Assembly: GCA_054600435.1 (NCBI GenBank)
Contig: BAAIJX010000014.1
Location: 434,001 to 482,838 of the forward strand
Length of the DNA: 48,838 nt
From: Neophaeotheca triangularis
Lineage: Eukaryota
Direction: 5' to 3'
Part shown: one piece after another, positions 31,109 to 43,460 of the stretch
How positions within the stretch are numbered: position 1 is the stretch's first letter
Layout: every line of letters begins with the position of its first letter
Notes under the pieces: model-generated
The model's database searches: none
What the model was told of the DNA's origin: nothing
Seen by the model: only the letters and a program-made list of their open reading frames with translations
Translations under genes and position numbers: made by a program

Positions 31109-33424
31109 TTAAGCCTTCTCGTACTTCTTCCGGTAGGTCTGGGCGGCGGCGACCATGTTGTTCAAGGCCTCCTTGGTCTCCTTCCACTGCCTAGTCTTGA
31201 GACCGCAGTCGGGGTTGACCCAGAGCTGGCCTGGCTTGAGGTACTGCAGCATCTCCTCGAGGCGGTCCTGAATCTCCTGCTGGCCCGGGACACGTGGAGA
31301 GTGGATGTCGTAGACACCAGGGCCAATGTGACGGGGGTAGGCCTCGTCGATGAAGACCTTGAGAAGCTTGGCGTCAGACTTGCTGTTCTCAATGGAGAGC
31401 ACATCGGCGTCAAGAGCGGCGATGGCGTGGAAGAAGTCCTGGAACTCCGAGTAGCAGAAGTGAGAGTGGATCTGGGTGCTGTCCTCGACACCGGCGGTGG
31501 AGAGCTTGAAGCTGTCAACGGCCCACGAGAGGTACTTCTCACGCTCAGAGCCGGAGCGGAGAGGGAGACCCTCACGCAGAGCTGGCTCGTCGACCTGGAT
31601 GACGTAGATGCCGGCCTTCTCGAGGTCGACAACCTCATCACGGAGGGCGAGGGCGAGTTGCTGAGCCTGGACGGACTGGTGGACGTCGTCACGGGGGAAA
31701 GACCAGCGCAAGCAGGTGATTGGGCCAGTAAGCATACCCTTCATGGGCTTCTTGCTGTTCTCAGCGGCGTACTTGCTCTCCTTGACGGTCATGGGCTGCG
31801 GGCGAGAGATGTCACCGACGATGATCGGTGGGCGGACGCAGCGGGAGCCGTAGGACTGGACCCAGGCGTGGGTGGTGAAGACGTAACCATCCATGCGCTC
31901 ACCGAAGTACTGCACCATGTCGTTACGCTCGGGCTCACCGTGGACGTAGACGTCGAGGTCAAGCTCCTCTTGGATGGCAATAACATCCCTGATCTCCTTC
32001 TCAATAAACTTCTCGTACTCGTCGGCAGTAATCTCACCCTTGGTGAACTTCTGACGCTGGATACGGATGTCCTTGGTCTGAGGGAAAGAGCCAATGGTGG
32101 TGGTGGGGAACATTGGGAGCTTGAGGTGGGTCTTCTGCTGCTCGTAGCGGGAGGGGAAGCCAGACTTGCGGTCGTGCATCTCCTTGGTGACCTGCTCTTG
32201 CCTCTTCTTGACCTCAGGCTTGTGGATGCGAGAAGATGTAGCACGCGCTTGCATGCTCTTAGCGTTGGCATCGAGCTCGCTCTTGACAGAGGCAGGGCCG
32301 TCAGTGACAGCCTTGGCAATGATGGCGACCTCGCGAGCCTTCTCGCTGGCGAAGGAGAACCAGTCCTTGACTTCCTCAGGAAGCTGCTTCTCGCTCTCGA
32401 GCGTGTGGGGAGTGTGAAGAAGGGAGCTGGAGGTGGCGACGATGACGCGGTCCTTGCCGAGCTTCTGCACGGCAGTCTCGACAATCTCAATAGCCTGCTT
32501 GAAGCCGGTCTTCCAGATGTTGCGGCCATCGACGACACCAGCGGAAAGGATTTGCTTGGGGCCAAGGTGCTCAACGACCTTGGTGAGCTGCTCAGGGTGG
32601 CGGACCAGGTCGACGTGCAGAGCGTAGGTGTTCTGGAGAGCACTGTCGACGATGTCGAAGTTGTGGACAATGTCACCAAAGTAGGTGGCCAGGACGAGCT
32701 GAGGACCCTTGCTGCCCTGGAGAGCGGTGAGCTTCTCGTAGGCGGGCTTGAAGGCCTGCTTGATCTTGGAGGGAAGGTCGAAGACAAGAACGGGCTCGTC
32801 GATCTGGACAGTCTCGGCACCGGCCTGCTTCAACTTCTGGAGAAGCTCCTCGTAGACTGGGAGAAGCTTCTCGAGGAGGGAGATGGGCTCAACGCTCTGG
32901 TTCCTGTCGGCTTTGCCAAGAGCAAGGAAAGAGACGGGACCGAGAAGGACGGGGCGGGTGGTGACGCCAGCCTCCTTGGCCTCGAGGAACTCAGCGACAG
33001 GCTTGGGGTTCTCAGCAAGCTTGAAGGTCTGGTTGTCCTGGAGGGTAGGCTTGACGTAGTGGTAGTTGGAGTCGAACCACTTGACCATCTCGAGGGATGG
33101 CACGTCAACACCGTCCTTCTGGTGGCCACGGCCCATGGCGAAGTACTCGTCAATGGGGGCGAGCTTGGCGCTGGAGTAACGCTCAGGGATGGCATTGAAC
33201 ATCTGGATGTGGTCAAGGACGTGGTCGTAGTAGGCAAAGTCATTGCTGGGGATGACGTCGACGCCGGCGTCCTTTTGAATCTTCCAGTGCTCTTGCCTCA
33301 GCCTCTTGCCCTCAGCGAGGAGCTCATCACGCGAGAGCTTGCCGCCCCAGTAGGCCTCGTTGGCCTTCTTGAGGTCTCTGAGCTTGCCCATGCGAGGGAA
33401 GCCGAGAATGGAGGATTGCACCAT
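31109..33424 (-). CDS. MET6: Cobalamin-independent methionine synthase (intronless, 771 aa)
   Basis: MVQSSILGFPRMG, MVKWFDSNYHY, PTTTIGSFPQT, HGEPERNDMVQYFGE, WVQSYGSRCVRPP, HSHFCYSE and NPDCGLKTR Zn ligands; strong codon bias. Confidence 0.99.
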   Translation of the reverse strand: MVQSSILGFPRMGKLRDLKKANEAYWGGKLSRDELLAEGKRLRQEHWKIQKDAGVDVIPSNDFAYYDHVLDHIQMFNAIPERYSSAKLAPIDEYFAMGRGHQKDGVDVPSLEMVKWFDSNYHYVKPTLQDNQTFKLAENPKPVAEFLEAKEAGVTTRPVLLGPVSFLALGKADRNQSVEPISLLEKLLPVYEELLQKLKQAGAETVQIDEPVLVFDLPSKIKQAFKPAYEKLTALQGSKGPQLVLATYFGDIVHNFDIVDSALQNTYALHVDLVRHPEQLTKVVEHLGPKQILSAGVVDGRNIWKTGFKQAIEIVETAVQKLGKDRVIVATSSSLLHTPHTLESEKQLPEEVKDWFSFASEKAREVAIIAKAVTDGPASVKSELDANAKSMQARATSSRIHKPEVKKRQEQVTKEMHDRKSGFPSRYEQQKTHLKLPMFPTTTIGSFPQTKDIRIQRQKFTKGEITADEYEKFIEKEIRDVIAIQEELDLDVYVHGEPERNDMVQYFGERMDGYVFTTHAWVQSYGSRCVRPPIIVGDISRPQPMTVKESKYAAENSKKPMKGMLTGPITCLRWSFPRDDVHQSVQAQQLALALRDEVVDLEKAGIYVIQVDEPALREGLPLRSGSEREKYLSWAVDSFKLSTAGVEDSTQIHSHFCYSEFQDFFHAIAALDADVLSIENSKSDAKLLKVFIDEAYPRHIGPGVYDIHSPRVPGQQEIQDRLEEMLQYLKPGQLWVNPDCGLKTRQWKETKEALNNMVAAAQTYRKKYEKA

Positions 33425-33869
33425 TTTGACGGTGGTTGTGGGAAATTTGCTTTGGTGTGAAGTAGGTTGTGTTCAGTATGTGGTGAAGTTTGAAGGTTTG
33501 GAGAATTGACTTCAAGATGGAGTTGTAGAGGGAGAAGAGGAAGAAGAAGTGAGGATGGCGGTGAGGGTGATGTGTCGGAAAAGAAAAGTCAAGAGAGGGA
33601 TGGGATGGGAAGGGAAAAAGACGGGAGTAGATGTATTGGTTGGATGCAGGTGGTGGGGTGAGGAGGGGTCTTGGGTGATAATACTGCCAGTGGGTGGGTT
33701 TGTTGTCCAGAGCAGCCCAGTCCAGTCGCACCTCACGTTTGGGCCAACTGACTTTTCCTCGCGCTCCACACGCCCGCACTGGCTTAGCTTGCCTGGCGCC
33801 CCTCCCCTCCTACCTCCTACATTTCTCGCGCCATCTCCTCGGCGACCCGCTTTCACCGTCACGCCAAGC

Positions 33870-33903
33870 CGACGACGACGACGACAACGACAACGACGAC
33901 GAC
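33870..33903 (+). repeat. Imperfect (GAC/AAC)n microsatellite upstream of MET6
   Basis: cgacgacgacgacgacaacgacaacgacgacgac. Confidence 0.8.
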
Positions 33904-34471
33904 CATGACAAGGAACACATTCCACTCTTTCTGTGTTGTTACTACCATTCACTACTACTACTCGACGGGACAGTGGTATTGTTGGACAAATAATAGAGGC
34001 CGTTGCACAGCCAGCCGTTTGTTGAGGAACAAGGCAAGGCAGCTATTCTGGCGGTGCGCGGATCCTCGGCGTCTCGAAATCTCACGGAGAAAATGCCCCG
34101 ACTCTCCACGATCATCACGACAACGGACCGCGAACGACCTTACTGCATGGATATATTTCCCAAACGTGGTCTGTCGACTTTATCATTACGCCACCATTCG
34201 TTTACTGCCATGCGAACAACCTCAAGCTCATCCCCCTTGCATCGCTAACTGCATGGTCGAGAGCATGAACGTTCAACTGTATCCGGTAACCTAGACAATT
34301 GCATGCACTTCGAAACTGGCCGCGGTACTTTAGAGAGCTGACCTCAGTAGACCTTGCATAGTTTCACCGAGCTCGGCGGCTACGGCGAAAGTAAAACCCA
34401 CCTGTATAAAAAGCAATAATGCCTCGACTCGCAATCAATCTAGACCGAGCCTTGTAAACACTTCATTCACA

Positions 34472-36388
34472 TCACAACCCTCCGCCGTGACTCTCCCTAA
34501 ATTCCCTAGCAATGTCACCATACCTTTCGAAACTGACACCAGGTTGCTTCGTAACCCACACAAGAAACCTCTCAATCATGCCAATGACATGAGCCATGCC
34601 ACTGGTATCGGGATGCAGCACGAGACTAAAGACCCTCTCCTCCCCTTCCTCCTCGCTCTCCCGTGCCAGCCAGTCAAACCGGTCGTGCCACATGCGCTCC
34701 ACCACCCTGACATCAACGTAACCGGCGCTGTTCACTGTGTGTGGGTAGAATTGCAATGGCGTGGCGTCTTCTGAGTACCAGTTACAGGGGATCTCGACGA
34801 GATTGCTCTTGGGCACCGAGGGCGAGGAGGGATTTGGCGAAGGGTGCATCCAGCTTTCGGCCGGTCTGTCTGGTGAGAAATCTATCGGCTCGATGGGAGC
34901 GGGGTTGAGGGCGAGGAAGTAGGGTTTGCTGTCGCCGTGTGAGAGGGACGAGTCCCAGAGGAAGCCTTTCTCTTGTAGCAGTGCAATGGTACGTTCGCCC
35001 AGTTGGTAGAGCGGAGCGCGGTAGCCCAAGGGTTTACGGCCTGTCAGTCCCTCGACGAGCTGGGTGCTGCGTTCCAAGACGGCGCGCTCTTGTTCAGCCG
35101 TCATTTGCGACGCGCCTTCGTGTGCGTACCCGTGGAGTGCAATTTCGCAGCCTGTGGCGGCGATGGTTCGAGCGGCTTCTGGGAAGGTTTCGAGGCTGTG
35201 GCCGGGAATGCACCAAGTCAGCTTGTCTGCGATGTTGTGTTTGCGGAAGAGCTTCAGGAGACGAGGCACGCCAACGTTCCCAGCGAAGAAGCCGGCGCTG
35301 TAGTCTGAGGTGTTATTGTCTGGATGAGCACCTGTTCCTAGCCAACCTGAGACGGCATCGAAGTCGATAGACCAGGCTACTTTGATCTTGGGTTTGGCTC
35401 GACCTGCAGAAAGCGGCTGCGGTATGCCGGGCGAGGCTTTTGGGTCAGGCGTCTTGCCTCCTGGCGCTTTCCCCAACACCTCCTCTTCTCTCCAGACGAC
35501 ACGACCTTCCATCCCGCCATCCACGCTCAGACACTGTCCACTCATATGGCCAGAAGCTCGGTGGCTCGCAAGGAACGCCACGGCCTTTGCAACATCAACA
35601 GGCTCGGCAATCCTCTTCAAAGCCACCGTAGCTTTCGACTCGTAGTAAGACTCACGAGCATCATCAAGGCGATCGCCAATGAGCTCTGTGTTGACCCAGC
35701 CCGGAGCGACGGCATTTATCCTACCTTTTGCGTTGAGCTTGACGATCTCATTCTTGACAGTAGGCACGAGACCGTACTGCAGACCAGCCTTGCCGCTTGC
35801 ATACCTGAGACAGTCAGCGAAGTAGTGAGTAATCCCGCAACCGTGATTCCTCACTCAACATGTCCAGCTTGGCCAAACTTGCCACACTCGCTCCCAGTAA
35901 CCACAATGGCCAGATTATGGAGCTGCTGGCCTGACTGCTCTTGGTGCCCCTTTGCCGCGAGCAAAAAGTGCTTGATGGTGAGGAAAGTGCCGCGGTTGTT
36001 GCCTCGATATACGTTCTCCCAGGTGTCGAGGTCCAGCTCCCAGATGTTAGGATGACTGGCCTCGTTCGTGATACCGGCGTTGGCGCAAAGTATGTTGATA
36101 GGGCCGAAGCGTGCTTCTGCTGCTGCAACGGAGGCGGAAATGGATGCTTCGTCTGAAATGTCGCCTTCCACTTGGAAGACATTGGCTTGTTCAACATCTA
36201 TCTTGGCGGATCTCAGGTCATGTGCGGTGACTTTGCACCCAGCAGCTAGCATCCGTCAGCTCGTGGTTAAGACAACACCTGGGCTCAAATGTAGGCATAC
36301 CGAGCAATTCTGTAACAATGGCGGAGCCGATGCCGCCTTGCGCTCCTGTCACGAAGGCATGGCACCCTTCGATGTCGAGGAAAGACAT
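34472..36388 (-). CDS. Fusion protein: N-terminal classical short-chain dehydrogenase/reductase plus C-terminal CE4 polysaccharide-deacetylase-like domain (PuuE/HpPgdA type), ~603 aa; exons 36388-36301, 36245-35855, 35804-34472
   Basis: SDR part: VTGAQGGIG, CANAG, TGS, YASGK, RINAVAPGWVNT, GQCLSVDGG. CE4 part: WSIDFDAVSGWLG, HGYAHE, GYRAP, WDSSL, LHP. Introns 36300-36246 and 35854-35805 have canonical signals. Confidence 0.9.
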
Positions 36389-38534
36389 TGTTGATCTTGA
36401 CTTACCACTATCTCAGTCCTGGTAAGTGCAAGAGGATGGTGGTTACCTAGGTACCTCATGTGAATTGGAGATGGCGGTCTGTAGGTGCTATCCCACCTTC
36501 CGCCCAGGAACCACACTCGATTGGGAAGGTGCGCTCGTAGCCCATGTCCATCGAATATCGCTTGTCTCCAAATACAACAACGTGCCCTGATGTAGTTCAA
36601 GCTGGCAATGGCGTAGGAGGCATGCTTAGAATCTAGACCGGGGAGGGGACAAAAATAAGAAATTAGAAACGGACCACAGGTCTACGAGGCGAGGCATACG
36701 TTGGTGTAGCGACGATATCTACCAAGGTGCCGCGTTTCCTTCAAAAATTGAATGAAACCTTTCGAGTGGCGGTCGCAACCTGCATCTAAACACCTGCGCA
36801 AGGTATAAACAAGCACTCGAGCACCAAGTACCGGTACTTGCTTTCGCATTGGAGCGAAAAGGCAAGAAGCCCTTCTGCGAATCGACACACACTCTACATC
36901 CGAAGCGCGGGCTGAGACCATCGGCAGAGAGAGAGATTAAAAACTCTCAAGATCTTCGGACATGGGTTCTCGATGATGGTACGTCCACGGCAAAAGTGAT
37001 CTCACGAATGTCGGGTCTCCGAGTCTTAGAATCTGCAGGGTGGGAACCACAGCAGCTTCTGTGAGATTCTGCGCTGCGACTAGCCTTGTTGTCAGGATCG
37101 CGATTTTCCATGCGCATTTTTCTGCAGTCAACCCACACATACATACGAAAGGATGGGCAAACGTCGAATCCCGCTGGCTGTAGTTGGCCTGTGAGAGGCG
37201 TGCAGTGCGATGCGCAGTATTAATATTATTCGCGACGAGCTCCGGCGTCGGTCCTCGAGTTGCGAGCAGGCGAGAGACCGAAGCCTGAAGCCTACTAAAC
37301 GACAGCAAAGAGCGGTACGGCGGAAAACTCTCTGCAAGCACTTCCACCCCCACTTTCCTTAGCAAAGTCTCCACCATCAAACCTTCTGCCAGACAAACCT
37401 TCTGCCAACGTCTCCGTTTCGCTGGAGGCACAAATTATCATTGATTATTCGAGAATCGAGCCCCAGCAAAACCGTTGAGCGACGCGCATCGAAATGGCAA
37501 AGCAATTACAGCATCCGGACGAGAGACGAGCCCCTGATTGGTGCGCAGCTAGGTAGGTAGGTAGTAGCATCCATTCGAGCAGACCTTGCGCGCGATTTTT
37601 CTTCTCGCAACAGCTTTTGCGCTTGTGCCTGACCTCCCCGGCCAATCGTTGGACTAGGTTACGAAAGGCCAGCGGGACGGGTCTGTGGCGCTGATGAGAC
37701 AGCCGGGATCTAGCGCATGGCCCGAAAAGGGCTCGTGTTTGGTTTGCGCTTCACCTTGCCCTTTACACCTAGGTAGCTTGGTAGTGTAGGTACTGTGTTT
37801 GGTATGGAATGGAACGCTTGTGCAGTTGTGCCAGCAACAACGCTATGCAAAAGCATAATAAGATTACCTCGAGGGAATGAGGTTATTAAGGTATTATTGT
37901 TAAGAAGACCATGCTGTCTTGGCTCAACACAAAGGTTCTGCGCAGACGTCTGCCCTGCGACCTCATCCAGATCGACCCGAATTCAGCTCCGAGGGCGACG
38001 CTGCTTGACCGACCCGATGCTTCCATCTTCACAACTCACGCCTGTCCGCTCCCGGATACTCGTGGTAACCTTGGTTAGCCAGACCCACCGCCTGTCAACA
38101 ACGTGCGTGTCTCTTGCCCTCTTTGCCATGTGCCGGCTGGAGAAGGTACCTGGGTAGGTTCAAAGGTAAGGTTGGGTACCTGTAACCTGACCCTACCCTC
38201 TAGGTAGGGAGGCACCTCCCCTCGCCCCGTACCTGCCGATGGCTGTGGCTGCGGCTGCCTTAGCTCAGCCGTTTCAATTGTCCACCTACCTTACCTACCT
38301 ACATAACTCCCCCAGCACCCCCCGACTTCTCTCTTCCCTCCCACACCACCACCACCACCACCAAACTTGTCTGTCATTCCACTCCCTTTCACCCACTTAC
38401 CACACTCTTTACTTTGCACACCCTTGCAACCACTGCTATACAGCACCCACCCGAGTTTCCACTCATCACCCTCACTTCACTTCGGACAGACTACCAACAA
38501 CACACTCCCGTCAACTACGACTACCTCCACCAAA

Positions 38535-39419
38535 ATGTTCACCAAGACTTTCTTCACTATGGGCGCCCTGGCCATGGCTGCCTCCGCTATCCCCATGGGC
38601 GGGAAGCGCGACGTCGTCTATGTCACTCAGACCTCGAAGGTCATTGAGACCGTCGCCGTCACCCACACCGTCTGGGTCGACCCTCAACCCACTCGTGCCC
38701 GCCACGGCCATGGACACAACCGCAACAACCGTCCCTCCGCTGTTGAGGAAACCATCGCTGAGCCGACCACTGAGGCTGTCGTCGAGCCCACCTCCTCCGT
38801 CGAGCCCACCTCCTCAGTCGAGTCCACTTCCTCCGTTTACGTGGCTCCCACTCCCTCAGTCCCCGAGGCTATCGAGACCACTACTGCTGTCGAGGTTGCA
38901 CCAACCCCCGAGACGACCGAGGAGGCCGACACCACCCCAGTCTATGTCGCGCCCACCCCAGAGGAGCCTACCCCTGCTACCACTGAGGAAGAAGTTGCTC
39001 CCGTCACCATCGAGGAACCTACTTCCATCGCCCCAGCTACTACCTACGAGGCCCCCGCTGCCGAGACTTCTCCCAGCACCAACCAGAACTCTGCTGCCGG
39101 CGGTGACGTTCATACTGGCGACATCACTTACTACGCCCCTGGCCTCGGCTCGTGCGGTGAGACCCACGGCTCTTCCGACAACATCGTCGCACTCTCCCAC
39201 GTCATCATGACTCCCCAGAATGGAGGCAACCCAAACAACAACCCTCTGTGCGGCTCGACCATCACTATCGAGTACAATGGCAACACCCACCAGGCGGAGG
39301 TTGTCGACACTTGCCCAGGTTGCTCTGAGGACTCTATCGACCTCAGCCCAAGCCTCTTCCAGGCCGTCGCTCCCAACGGCGATGGTCGCGTCTCTGGCGT
39401 CTCTTGGTGGTTCAACTAA
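38535..39419 (+). CDS. Secreted Asp f7-like / RlpA double-psi beta-barrel (expansin/loosenin-like) protein
   Basis: Signal peptide MFTKTFFTMGALAMAASA, Kex2-type KR site, Thr/Glu/Pro-rich linker, C-terminal GDITYYAPGLGSCG...IVALS...NPNNNPLCG...VVDTCPGC...IDLSPSLF. Confidence 0.92.
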   Translation: MFTKTFFTMGALAMAASAIPMGGKRDVVYVTQTSKVIETVAVTHTVWVDPQPTRARHGHGHNRNNRPSAVEETIAEPTTEAVVEPTSSVEPTSSVESTSSVYVAPTPSVPEAIETTTAVEVAPTPETTEEADTTPVYVAPTPEEPTPATTEEEVAPVTIEEPTSIAPATTYEAPAAETSPSTNQNSAAGGDVHTGDITYYAPGLGSCGETHGSSDNIVALSHVIMTPQNGGNPNNNPLCGSTITIEYNGNTHQAEVVDTCPGCSEDSIDLSPSLFQAVAPNGDGRVSGVSWWFN

Positions 39420-40766
39420 GCAAGTCTTATGATGTCCACCCTGCAGTTGTTTTGTTGTCAACATTACATCTTGCTATGAAGGCTCGGCGAGGGTCTCGGC
39501 GGTCTCGGCACGCCGTTTATGCATACACCATTCTCCACGACGTCTTTTATAATGACAAAGACGATCATTCACAGTCCTTACCACTTTTCACAAATCACGA
39601 TTACGATCTTATGAACACCTCGGCACCTACATCGGCGACGGCGGCAAAAGGGCTTGGCGTTGCGCAAGACGGTTGCTCGAGGGTTGTGCTGTGCATAACA
39701 AGAAAAAGGCATTGATGCTGCTAGCCAGCTGTTCATATTTTACTTCATGTTGATAGCTTTTGAAATGGCCATCTTCCTATCGCTGACCTTGCTTTCTCAC
39801 CCTGGGTCCCAGCATCCGGTCCCTTGACACTGTCTACCCCCAGCACTCTGATGAGACTGGTTACGTGCTCTGTTGTTCAGCATTGGCTTGCCTGCTCCTT
39901 TTGGAGGTGCCACTCTTAGGAAGGTGCCCTCTCACCTCTCTAGGACGCCAGGAAGTCGCAGCTGCTTGTCGAATTCCCGAGACGATGTACCTTCCCGGCA
40001 CCGATCACTACCCTCCCGTCTTCAGCTCAACCGTGAGTCACCCGCGCAAGCGGCCCATGACACTGTGAATCTTTTTAAGAAGACAATGGAAACTATCCTC
40101 ACAGGAAGCCGCCGGGAAAGCTCTGCTCTCCATCAAAACCCCCCAAACACCCGACCCTCCCCCAGAGAAGAAAAACCTACCTACCCTTTCTCTCTTCGTT
40201 CGAGATTGGTAGATAGGTAGGTAGGCATTTGACTCGTGGTCTACCTCTGTTTTTTTTTTTTTCCTTTCTTCTTCACTACCACCGGCCGGCCTCATAGTCA
40301 CATTGTGAAGAGGATTTTCTTTGACAGAGCTCGCTCGGCAGGAGATAAAAACAGAGTCTTTGGTTGGGTATCTAACACGCTGAGCAGAAAAGAAACGCCT
40401 CGGGCATGTATGTATGTATGTATGCGCAGAGGGCAAAATGCCACAATCCCCCAACCGGCCGAAAATGGCCAGGACACTTTCCTTGTGCACCCACCCGAAG
40501 TTGGAAAGATTAAAAACTTTCACCACGGCCGTCGCTAGCAGCGAAGAAGCTCATAAAGTTTGAGCCCTCCCATGCAAGCGAAATCCATTCTCGTCTCCTC
40601 CTGGCATACCAAGGAGGGAGTTCTCGGGCATCGAAACCACCAAAGCCGTCATCCCTCCAACACCTTCCTCGCCTAACCCATCCACTTCCACAAGCCACCT
40701 CCGTAACCCCTCACCCTTATCCGCCCACCCATCCATCCATCCATCCCGGGCCACTAAATGCCCAGT

Positions 40767-41238
40767 CTAATACCCCCACTCCTCCAAGCACCGCACAAGC
40801 CACAGCGCACCCGCCCTCCTCACCCCGGCAAAATCCCAAACAACCGCCGCGACCAGAACAGGCAGGACCAAGCCCACAAGCCTTGCAAAACTCCACTCCC
40901 CCCGCCCACCGAGCATCACAGACCCCAGACGGCGCGAGAGCGTAGTCCAAAAAACCGCTCCTTCACCACCATCACCGCCACCGCGGCCGAAACGCCCAGT
41001 TGCCCCTTGGTGGCCGTTCTGAGCAAGGGGTTCGTCGTCCAGCCGGAAACCGCCTGTGAACATCTCCTCCAAGCCCGTAGCCGCTTGGGATAGATCGGAG
41101 GGGAGGCGCCACGCGCTCTCTCGTAAGTCTAATTGGCCTTTGGTGCGGCTTTTGGCGGGCGAGAAGTGTGGCTCGTTTGGGTCGAGGTTCAGACCGCCTC
41201 GACTTGCTTTGGCTGTGCCGTTGTTGGTGGTGTCTTGG

Positions 41239-41284
<46 letters not shown>

Positions 41285-43034
41285 CGTGGGAGGAGAAGTT
41301 CCGGCCCTCTTCTATGCCACGGCGCATTTGGGAGAGGAAGTCTCGTTGTTTGCTCTCGGGCGCTTTTTTGAAAGAGACTTGGGTTGGGGGGTTGCGGGTG
41401 CGGCGTTCGAGGGACATGGGGGCTTGAGGGAGGCGGCCACGGAAGGGGGAGGGCTCGACGGGTTGGTAGCTGAGGCGTTGGGGTTGCTGGGAGCGGAGCT
41501 GGAGTTGATGTTGTTGCTGTTGTTGGGCTTGGTCGTGGAGGCGAAAGGTTTCGGTTCGCATGGGGCCCCAGGAGGGTTGGCTGGGTGGGTTCTGGTGCGG
41601 GTGGAGTTGGGTACGTGCGCTGTGTGGGGTGTCGATGTCCATGGCGTCTTCGTCTTCCTCGTTGTAGTCGTTGGTGGTGTCGGATTCTGGTGGGGAGGGT
41701 GGGGCGTTAGCGAAGGTGTTTGCGCCCGTTCGGCCCGGGTAGGAGTTTGTGCCTTGGGGTGAGTGTTGTTTTGGGGCTAGGCTGTCGATCGGGAACGGGA
41801 GTTTCTCCTCTCTGCCGAATAAGGTGTAGGGACTAGACGAAGAGACTACAGGCGTGCTGTGTTCGTCGGCTGGCCCGGCGTACGCGCCTAGTACGTCTTG
41901 TTCGGTAGGTTTGGGTGTGATTTTGCCCTTGTAGCGCCAACGGACGCTTTGGACTGTGTTTTGACTCATCCAGTGGCCCGCGACTACCAGCATGATGGTG
42001 CAGGTGTGCGCCGCCAGCAGTTGCGCTCTGGAAAGTGTATTGGTGTAAGTCGGGTCGGAGAGCTTGTACCATGCTATAGCGCGAATCGCGAGTAGGAGTA
42101 ACTGGAGACGGAAGTGGTCGGCGAGGCCTTTGATCCTCTCGTAGCGGTAGGTCGGGTCGTAGTAGTCTATCAGACGCGGGTTGTACCATAGAAGCGCCGC
42201 CGACAGAAGCAACATCGTGGGTACATAGGCGCTGTAAGTCGCATAGCAGTCCGAATCAACTTGCAGCTTGAACAAGTCCGTCGTGCACTCTCCCAACTTC
42301 GCCTCGGGGGAGCAGTCCAATTCCTCTCCACATCGATCTTTCACCACTCCACCCCCCAAAGTCGTCAGGACACCATACGCATGCCATGCAACCTGCGCGC
42401 CCACAGTGCCAGCACTCAGCACCCCAACCCCCCGTAGCAGTCCTCTGAAAATCTTCTTCCCCGTACTATCCCTCCCACCCTCCGTCACCAAGCCTCCTCC
42501 CCGCCTAACGTTCCTCTCCACATTGCTCGTAACCCCATAGTAGTCCGCCCTTTCAATCTTAGCCTGCGCTCGCGGCGCGCAAGCCTTGCAGATCTGCGGA
42601 TACCGCTTCTCCAACTGCTCCTTGTACCTCGGTAGTGCGGTTTCAAACTCCCTATACCGCGGGTCGTCTTCGTCCGGGAGGTAGTTGGCCAGCGTTTCCG
42701 CGAGGATGTGCTGGTTGTGTAGGCATGTTTTGCAAAAGACCTGGTCCTCTTGATGGGCTAAGCTGGAAGGGAGCTCGTGGGTGAAGCTGCTGAAGGAGGG
42801 TTGCGGTGGTGGTGGTGGAGGTTGATGTTGATAGGGTGATTGCTGGATGGGAGAGCGGGCTGGAGGTGAAGATGTTGCGCGTGCTGGAGGATCGGTGATG
42901 TCTCCATTGTCATCGAGGTAGTTGGGAGAGTCGCAGGAGGCGCAGACAAAGTGTTTGAGGCGCGAGGATTTGGAGTAGGGAGTTCGAGCGCCGCAGTAGT
43001 GGCAAGAAATGCGGCTGAAGAAGGACATCATCAT
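40767..43034 (-). CDS. IMA1: Integral inner nuclear membrane protein Ima1 (Samp1/NET5 family)
   Basis: N-terminal CHYC...CASCDSPNYLD-NGDITDPP, VFCKTCLHNQ..LANYLP.EDDPRY...LEKRYPQICKAC (Ima1_N Cys pairs), several TM helices, SPFRGRLPQAP..RNP and TGLEEMF motifs. Confidence 0.9.
41238..41282 (-). repeat. (AAC)15 coding microsatellite encoding poly-Asn in Ima1
   Basis: 15 perfect GTT units on the + strand. Confidence 0.9.
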
Positions 43035-43460
43035 GGGCGGGTTGTAGAGTAGTGGTGGTGCTTCGACCAGAGATGGGAGCTTCGCGATGAGGGGTTCATG
43101 CGAGGTGGAAGATGTTGAGATGCGTCAAGATGGTATGGGATTGTGTAGAGTACAATAGCTACTGAAGCAAGAAACAATTGTGTTGGATTGACTTGTGCTG
43201 TGTGTTGTATTGTAGCGCAATCCAGATGACACTCGTCGAATGTTTCGAAGATGAATTGGACCAGGACACCAGTTTACCAGCAACGCGGACTTTAGCCCGG
43301 AGCTTAGAAAAAACACCGCCTTCCCCAGATCGTACAGCTGCTATTGTATGTAGCTCACCGTCAGCTTGGCAACATCGCGACAACATTCACCGACCCTCCA
43401 CTCCCGCCCACGACCTTCCACCGCCCTACCAGCGTGCTCACATTCACCCAAAAGACCACA

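Noticed and set aside
31301..33460. 719-aa antisense ORF and 343-aa alternate-frame ORF over MET6
   Set aside because: Typical consequence of C-ending codon bias in a highly expressed gene, which leaves few antisense stop codons.
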